DNA of 64,000 nucleotides from Elsinoe ampelina (Eukaryota): NCBI GenBank assembly GCA_010093995.1, contig ML992509.1, positions 342,894 to 406,893 of the forward strand, read 5' to 3'. Shown piece by piece: positions 55,880 to 64,000 of this stretch (position 1 is its first letter; each line of letters starts with the position of its first letter). The notes under the pieces were generated by a model. It saw only the letters and a program-made list of their open reading frames with translations, ran no database searches and was not told where the DNA came from. The position numbers and the translations under genes were made by a program.

Positions 55880-58689
55880 ATGGCAGGAGGGCCGGCTGTC
55901 CTCGAACAAACCACCAGAAAGACAATCTGTCTTTCACAACCACAGCCAGACCTGGTCATCCACGATGGAGACTCCCAATTCTCAAACGAGCTTGGAAAGC
56001 TATATTCGGAAGATGAGTCAAGAGCTTTAGAAGGCCTGGTGGAATTGAAGGAAGCACTCAAGAAACTCCCCGAACATGAATTCTGGTCATACCTTTCCGA
56101 ACGATTGGCTGAGCTCTTGGGCGCTCAAATGTCCTTCATCTCCAAGCGCATGCTGGTGGACGAGCAGGATCGCGCCGTCGAAATGCCTCCGATAGGTGAA
56201 CCCGGTGCATGTCTCATGGCATCGGCTCTCTACTACAATGATGGACGGGGGAGCTCGGATACCCTCAAGGCATTCAAATACCACGCTTACGGCTGTCCTT
56301 GCGGATACATGCGCCACGACAAGGTCTTCATCATTCCCGAGAAACTCAGTGCCTTCATTACCGACAATCCTAACGAATTACCTTTCGACGGCGAGTCGTA
56401 CATTGGTGTCCCGTTGTTCGCCGAGGGAAAGTGCTTCGCTCACTTTGGTGTCATGTGGTCAGACGAGGGTGCGAAACACCGCAAGCTATCATGGGCCAAC
56501 ACCGAGCTGTTTCTCCATTCCTTGGAGGATGTCATCCTGGAGAGACTGTTGGAAGGCTCAAACTTCCGAGACACCGAGACTCGAAATAGGGAGCGCAACA
56601 GGATAATACCTCATGCGGCTGTGACCGCCGCCCAATCTCTCAAACCATACGCCCGCAGTCTTTCTCACGAACTTCGAACACCGATGCAGGGAGTGGTTGG
56701 CATGTTGGATGTCATGTATGCGACAGTCCTTGAAGCTTCGGAGAACCAGTCCAATCCGGAAGTACGCAAGGTCTTTGAAACCTTAAAAGAGAACATCGAG
56801 ATCGTGCAAGGTAAGACAAGAAATTGAGCATGTGTCTGCACTTCTGACTTTCCACAGACAGCTCACGCCGAGCGGTAGAGGCGGCAGATAATGTGGTCCA
56901 CGCCTACGACATGGACATGTCCATCCCTGAACCTGCGCACAGCAACTTTAATGACATTGTCACTCCTATCAATGCTCCACAAGCGACGCAAGACCGCCCC
57001 AGTATCTTGGTCGCTGGCAGCAATCTACCTATAGAAAGGCCGAACAAGCGACGGAGACCGGATGACTCAAGCAACCATGCTAGCCCGAACAAAATTCCTG
57101 CCACGATAGCCGAATGGACCAAGAGGTCTGAACCGAGCGACGAGTTGGTGCGCGGCGTGCACGAAGCAGAGGACATCAAGGACTCATCACGATCGGCCCA
57201 ACATGATACTCCGTACGACATGATCCGTGTACCTTCGCCTCCGAAAGGAAGTGAAAGGAGCGTGGCACCCGGCTTGCGACACACACAACTACGCAACGTA
57301 TTACAGTATGTTGTCAACGAGGGTTTGAAGGTAGGCGGTCGTCCTGAGTATGCAAATGCTCGTGAGACGGATCTGGGCGAATCGATAGAAGTACGGACCG
57401 CAAAGTCCACAGGCGAACTTAAGACGAAGATTGTGGAATGGACCGTGGATCCTGGTGTACCCACGACCATGTTTGGTAAGTCTTGCAGCGTTGTCGCTTG
57501 AATCTGACGCTGACCGTTCCCAGTCGACGAGAAAGACCTCGGCAAACTTATATCTTGCGTGTTTCTAAACGCTATCAAGTTCACCGAAGAAGGCAAGATC
57601 CTGGTTGCTGCACGAATGAGTTCACGGTCGCGGCACATTGTTGTCAGCGTCTCCGACTCAGGCCCTGGTATTCCTAAAGCATTCTTACCCAAGCTTTTCA
57701 AGCCTTTTTCGCAGGAAGATCCCTCTCTCACCCGCCAAAGCGAAGGACTCGGTCTCGGTCTTCTCGTCGCCAAAGGCTTGGCTCGCAAGCTCGGTGGCGA
57801 CCTGAATTGCACTCGCGCTGAGACGGAAGGGCCGAAGCACGGCACTGATTTCGAAATTCGCATTCCCGTCTCACCTACCGATCACATATCACGCCCACCA
57901 TCGCCGTTCGACTCCCCATCATCACGAACTGGCAAGTTCGGCTCTCTCAGTGAGGAGGTGACTCCTGTGATAGAAATCAAGAACCCCTTTCCCACACCTA
58001 CCGAGAGCGAAGACAAGCTCAATGGTCCCCCGACATCGATTGAGATCAAACCTCGTCCATCATTAGGCATCATGCGCAAACCCTCCCTTCCCCAGACACC
58101 ACGCCTCGAGAAGATCGACAAACTTGGTTTCCAACTGCCCGCCGCGCCCACCTCACCGAGTCCCAAACCACCTCGTTCCGAACCACAAAAACGGCCGCCA
58201 ATGCTTCCTCGCAAATCATCAGCCAGCATGTCCGCCGTCGACCGCGATCTCGCCACTAAATACCCCCTCACCTTCCTCGTCGCCGAAGACAACAAGATCA
58301 ATCGCAAGCTGCTCGTCAGCATGCTCACCAAATTCGGCTACAAGACCATTCACGAAGCCTACGATGGCGCCGAAGCAGTGCGACAAATGGAGCAACACGC
58401 CCCTATCGACGTCGTGCTAATGGATCTCTGGATGCCTTTCATGGATGGCTACGAAGCCACGCAAAAAATCCTCAGCATGAACTACGGTCCGACAGGAACA
58501 AACGGAGCACAAGGCCGAAACAGGGGCCGGGAGCCGACAGTACTGGCAGTCACAGCGGACGTGACGGACGGCGCCCTGGAGAAGGCAGCGAAAGTGGGCA
58601 TGAAGGGCTTCATGACTAAGCCGTTCAAGTTGCTGGATCTGCAACGGTTGATATTGGAGTACTGCAGCCAGCGAGCGGAGGAGAGCTAG
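55880..58689 (+). CDS. Hybrid histidine kinase (GAF-like - HisKA - HATPase - receiver)
   Basis: Introns 56811-56857 and 57476-57523. H-box SLSHELRTPMQGV, N-box NAIKFT, DSGPGI, GLGLGL, receiver VAEDNKINR..LMDLWMPFMDG..KPF; GAF-like GCPC..ESYIGVPL. Confidence 0.92.
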
Positions 58690-60594
58690 AGGCGTCTCGG
58701 CCCGTTCCAGACGGCCGAAGAGACGGGGAGGTGGAGACGGAGCCCAGTCGCGATTGGAAGGATGGCGATGGAGGATCAGGCGGTGATTATGGAGGAGAGT
58801 GTGAGGGCTGCTCGAAGGGGGAGATGAAGATGGAACGTCGCAAGACGAAAACATTGATACAGGGAGAAGGGTTGCATGGGTCTTGGAGTTCGTAGGAGGA
58901 AAAGACGGAGAGTGAGGAACAGCAGAGAAGAGAGAAGAGAGATGACAAGGAGAGAATTCATACCCCAGAACTATCGAGATGGTAATGACACCTGTACTGT
59001 ATAAGAGGGAAGGAAAATCGTCACGGTCGATTTGAAGTTTTCGGCAGAAGTGTGTAGAGTACGTACAGCGCGGTGGAGGAGAGGGGAATAGATCCATGTC
59101 CTCATTTGCTTAAGCGTGTCTCATCGTGAGCGGTTGTCTGATCGTAGGTTGTTCGCGTGCGTCGCGGCGATAGTGTTTTGTTGCAACTCATCTTTTACCT
59201 GTCAGGTCTCCATCCCTTTGTGCTGCCGTGAGTCCTGCTTCTCGGGGAAGGTGTGGTGTGTTGCAGCCATGAATCCATGCCCTTTCGCCCCCCAGCTCTT
59301 TCTTTTTGGCTCCAAGAGACGTCGATTGATACTCTTTAGCTTCGTCGCCGGTGTTTCCCGCGGATGCTGGAATGCGGAAGGATGGGCTGAGTGGGTGTGT
59401 TTGGCTTGTGCTTTCTATCCCATCATGGGGTGCGGAGGGACATATTCTGATGAGGCGCCATGCGGGAAGCCGGGGTCACGAAGAGAGATATGCAAGAGCT
59501 CGAGGTGAGGAAGGACTATGGGAGTGAAGAGCAAGTTGGAGCAGATAGATCATGTCGCAAGGCTCGGGACTTGCAATGTGGCTTTAGTGGGCTGCGTGAC
59601 GCTGGAGAAACATGCGATGGGAAGTCACCTGTCGGCCTATCGAGGCTAGTTTGATACAAAGATTGTGTTCGTAGCGAGCGTATGGAGCGTCGCTGTGCAA
59701 ATGTCGTTGTCATGACTGATCCAAGCCGTTGTGTGCTCGTGCACGCTTCATTGCGCGCTACAAATGCACTCTGTGCGTGCGCCCGAGGTGTGAATCGAAG
59801 GTCCTGGACTGCTTCCCCCTCAAGAGTCGCATTATCTGCAAGTAAATGATAAGAAGTGGACCTACCAAACCAGCAACAGGCAGACGAGACATCAGTACAT
59901 TGTGCAGACAGTGACAAGTAACAATAGATAATCTTCTCCAGCATCCAGCATACAGCCAGGATAACCGATGAAAAAGATCCACATAGGATTTCTCAAAGGA
60001 CAGAAGGAGCAGCAATAGCAGCGACCATCCCAGGCATCACACTGAACAGTGAAGACTGTGAAGGGGTAAATCAAAAATTGAACACTCTGAGGGCCGAAGC
60101 CGATCAATACCAAGGCCAAAGCGCTGTGCAATGCAGAGACCAAGGCAGCACCCTGGGATTCATGAGCTCCAGAGTGCAGTGTTGTGTGCTACGGGAAGAG
60201 AAGAAGGAAAATTTGCGCGGCCCTCGAGATTTATATACCCGCGGGGGGCCTGAATGGAAGCCGGTGGAAAGTCATAGAAACGATTCTGGAAATTGGACAG
60301 CCGGAATAGGAAAGAAAGCAGCGCGAAAAACGTGGTCGAAGCATGTGAAGTTGGACAGTGATGTTAAGCTGCGAAGTTCACAGGGAACCTGATATGTCGG
60401 CCATCGGAATGACAAGACCCCGAGCTCCGACATTTGAAGTCGACCTTGGACCAGGAAAGGAATCATTCCAGTGAAGTCTTCAATTGCTCCTCCATTGGTC
60501 TCATAGCTGATCACAGTTTCTACGGCCTCGTCGTATTTACAGAGATTCAACATCGCGAATCTGCTGGACTGACCACAGATCTCATCAGATCGCC

Positions 60595-62957
60595 ATGGCG
60601 GCCCCTCCGCCTCCGCCCGAAGATGTGGCCCCCCCACCTCCTACGAATCGCTCAGTCACAGCGCCGAAGAAGTCCAATCCTCTGAACATAGAAGAGGTGC
60701 TGGCAAGGAAACGGGCGGCTGATGAAGCAGCAGCCAAAGTGAGTTTCCCTTTCGAGGACATGATCAATCCCTGCAGCACACCTTGCTAAATACTGTACTT
60801 TGCAGGTGTAGCTGCTCGCACAGTTCATGGGTCAGTCCTGGCAGATCTTCTCATTACAGTCACTGACTTATATTGCAGCCAAAGTTCATATCGAAGAAGG
60901 AACGCGAACGACTTGCGCTCGAACGACGGGAGCGAGAACTAGCTGCAACTAAGCAGTCAACCACGGTCTCGAAATTCGGCAGTGTTGCTTCCACAAGACC
61001 GAATGGCACAAATACTGTCAATGGACACGCGAGCACGAATGGCAGGCATGCGGATCCTCCAAGAGGCCCACGTGGTCAAGGTCACGTCCCGACAGGCCCA
61101 GCAGCCATGAGACATCAGCAGCATGAGCGGAGCGCGCCTCCACCAAAGGCCAACGGAACTACCAAGCGACCTGCAGAGAATCCGGAAGAGAATGAACAAG
61201 CTCTGATACGTCAGCGGTACATGGGCCCGGAAGCACAAGCGTCGAAGTTTTCGGCCCTGAAGAAGCGCAAGCGAACAACCGAGAAAAAATTCAACTTTGA
61301 ATGGGACGCAGAAGAGGATACCACCAAGAATGCAAACCCATTATATCAGACTCGACAGGAGGCAAATTTCTTCGGCCGAGGCAAGCTGGGCGGAGGCGAC
61401 GCGGGAGATATGTCACAAGCTATTGCATACGCAAAGGCTATCGAGGAGCGAGATCCGGAGAACGGCAAAGCGAGGGCGCAACAATTCTTGGAGATGCACA
61501 AGGCCAGTTTGGAACGCAACTCGCGTCTCGGTATCGATCGCCACTGGTCTGAGAAAGAGCTCAATCAGATGCGAGAACGAGACTGGCGTATCTTCAAGGA
61601 GGATTTCCAGATCAGTACTCGTGGTGGCTCGATACCGAACCCGATGCGGTCGTGGAAGGAGTCCACTCTGCCTCAGCGGCTGCTTGATATTGTGGACATG
61701 GCTGGCTACAAGGATCCTTCGCCCATTCAGCGAGCTGCTATTCCGATCGCTATGCAGTCTCGTGACTTGATCGGTGTCGCTGTCACCGGTTCCGGTAAAA
61801 CGGCAGCGTTCATCTTGCCGTTACTGGTTTACATATCAGAGCTACCACCACTGGATGAAGTCAACAAGATGGATGGACCGTACGCGATCATTCTTGCACC
61901 GACTCGTGAATTAGCACAACAAATCGAGCTTGAGGCGAAGAAGTTTGCGACGCCGCTTGGATTTACCTGTGTATCTCTCGTTGGTGGTCACTCGATCGAA
62001 GAGCAAGCATACAACATGCGAGACGGCGCGGAAATCATCATCGCTACGCCAGGTCGTCTGGTCGACTGTATCGAGCGACGTGTACTGGTCCTTTCACAGT
62101 GCTGCTACATCATCATGGACGAGGCAGATCGTATGATCGATATGGGTTTCGAGGAGCCAGTCAACAAAATCCTCTCGGCTCTCCCCGTCTCTAACGAGAA
62201 GCCTGATACAGACGCTGCCGAAGACTCACGAGCAATGTCTAGCTTCTTGTCGGGCAGAGACCGCTACCGTCAAACCATGATGTACACAGCCACCATGCCC
62301 GTCGCCGTCGAGCGGATCGCCCGTAACTATCTCCGCCGTCCTGCAATCGTCACCATCGGTAATCTTGGCGAAGCCGTCGATACGGTCGAACAACGCGTGG
62401 AAATGGTCCAGGGTGAAGATAAGCGCAAGAAACGTCTGGCTGAAATCCTACAGTCTCGACAATTCGCCGCCCCCATCATCGTCTTCGTCAATATCAAACG
62501 CAACTGCGATGCCATTGCCCGAGATATTCAACGCATGGGCTTCAGCTCCGTCACTTTGCACGGTTCCAAGACACAAGACCAACGTGAAGCCGCCCTCCAA
62601 GGACTCAAAGAAGGCAAATACGAAGTCCTGGTGGCCACAGATCTGGCGGGTCGTGGTATCGATGTGCAGGACGTCAGTCTTGTGGTCAACTTCAACATGG
62701 CGCCCAGCATTGAGGCATACACGCATCGTATTGGTCGTACTGGTCGTGCGGGCAAGAGTGGTGTGGCGATCACGTTTTTGGGACAGGAGGATCAGGACGT
62801 CATGTTTGATCTGCGGAAGATGATCCAGTCGAGTAGTATTTCCAAGGTGCCGGAGGAGTTGAGAAAGCATGAGGCGGCGCAGCAGAAGAGGGAGAGGGGA
62901 AGGAAGCCGGCTGTGACGGAGGATGGAGGGGGTTTTGGTGGGAAAGGAGGTTGGTGA
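60595..62957 (+). CDS. PRP28: Pre-mRNA splicing DEAD-box helicase Prp28
   Basis: Intron 60739-60878. KFNFEWD, HWSEK..MRERDWRIFKEDF, AVTGSGKT, PTRELAQQI, DEADRMIDMGFE, YTAT and HRIGRTGRAG. Confidence 0.94.
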
Positions 62958-63437
62958 GGATTCGGAGGTCGAGATGTGAAGCGCAATAAGCTAGGGACGT
63001 TCGAAGAATGATTATGTACTTATCATGGATGTCCTCCCGCTCCTTTGTCCAGGACAAGATCAAATGGTGCGTGGCAGGCTGCGGCTTTGCGAGAGGCGCT
63101 CCACTAGGGCTTTCTCAATCTGTAACCGCCGCTCTACCATCCCTGCACATCGTAAACGACGCACCACAAATGCATTATATTTCACCACAAAGATACATAC
63201 AATTGATGAAGTGCAAACCCCACATCGATTGAGGCAACGCCAAGTTATGGAGATAGGTGCCGATCTTCCACCGAGGGACGTCACCGGGTCCTCATCAGGG
63301 ACCGGAGATAGAGCATCGAACAGTCCGTCATAGAATCTTCATATATTATCCTACTACATCTCCCTACAATCACAAACCCACACGGGTCCTCACCTCAAAC
63401 CAACCTACACCACCCACACCCAACAACAACCTCCATC

Positions 63438-64000
63438 ATGGCCAACCCCTCCTTCACCCCCAACCAAATGCAATTCACCCCCACCTCCCACAACGACACT
63501 TACCCCTTCATCTCCCCCACCTCGCTCAACCTACAAGGCCTCTCGGTCCTCATCACCGGCGCCTCGCGGGGCATCGGCGCGGCCATCGCCCTCTCCTACG
63601 CCCGCGCCGGCGCCAACCAAATCGCCATCTCGGCGCGCTCGGCGCCCCAGGCCACCGCCTCCCAGATCCTCGCGGCAGCCAAAGCCGCCTCGCGCCCTGC
63701 CCCTGACGTCCTCGCCCTGGCCATGGACGTCACTTCGTCGACCTCGATCGCCGACGCGGCCGGGGCAGTCGAGACCCAGTTCGGCCGCCTGGATATCCTG
63801 GTCAATAACGCGGGGTACCTCGAGAGTTTCGCACGGGTGGCGGAGTCGGATCCCGAGGAGTGGTGGAAGACGATGGGGGTGAATCTGCAGGGACCGTATC
63901 TGTTGTCGAGGGCGTTTTTGCCGTTGTTGCTCAAGACGGATGGGGGGAGGGGGAGGAAGACGATTTTCAATACGTCGTCTGTTGGGGCGTTGATCAAGAG
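63438..64000 (+). CDS. Short-chain dehydrogenase/reductase, truncated by the window end
   Basis: TLHNDTYPFISP, VLITGASRGIG, DILVNNAG, VNLQG and FNTSS. The frame is open to the window edge. Confidence 0.88.
   Translation, partial: MANPSFTPNQMQFTPTSHNDTYPFISPTSLNLQGLSVLITGASRGIGAAIALSYARAGANQIAISARSAPQATASQILAAAKAASRPAPDVLALAMDVTSSTSIADAAGAVETQFGRLDILVNNAGYLESFARVAESDPEEWWKTMGVNLQGPYLLSRAFLPLLLKTDGGRGRKTIFNTSSVGALIK

Noticed and set aside
58700..60590. Long intergenic region searched for tRNA, snRNA or CRISPR-like repeats
   Set aside because: No cloverleaf, A/B boxes, spliceosomal snRNA motifs or regularly spaced repeats seen by eye.

Overview
Gene-dense 64 kb window from an intron-containing filamentous ascomycete (Pezizomycotina; a plant-associated Dothideomycete is plausible but is inference). 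It opens with the RIP-mutated 3' end of a copia-like LTR retrotransposon. About 24 genes follow: MSH1, a PhoD phosphatase, mitochondrial adenylate kinase, MDM38/LETM1, then an accessory block at about 10-21.6 kb, kinesin-7, a GT23/FUT8-like glycosyltransferase, ketopantoate reductase, two paralogous 4-TM PY-motif orphan genes, a YOR1-like ABCC transporter, PRE1, UTP13, a PTH11-like membrane protein, probable securin, tropomyosin, RRP17, VOA1/BIG1-like, a hybrid histidine kinase, PRP28 and a truncated SDR. The accessory block holds a secreted MACPF plus beta-prism (MABP-like) protein, a three-gene mycosporine cluster (ATP-grasp, O-methyltransferase, DDGS) with a GATC-dense divergent promoter, a solo-LTR copy and an NLP/NPP1 necrosis effector. 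The most notable observations are the MACPF-MABP toxin-like gene, the mycosporine cluster and its GATC array, a candidate recursive-splice/poison micro-exon in the PRP28 intron, the fucosyltransferase-motif protein, and recurrent C/A-rich to G/T-rich skew-switch domains. All calls come from reading the sequence by eye; no database searches were run.
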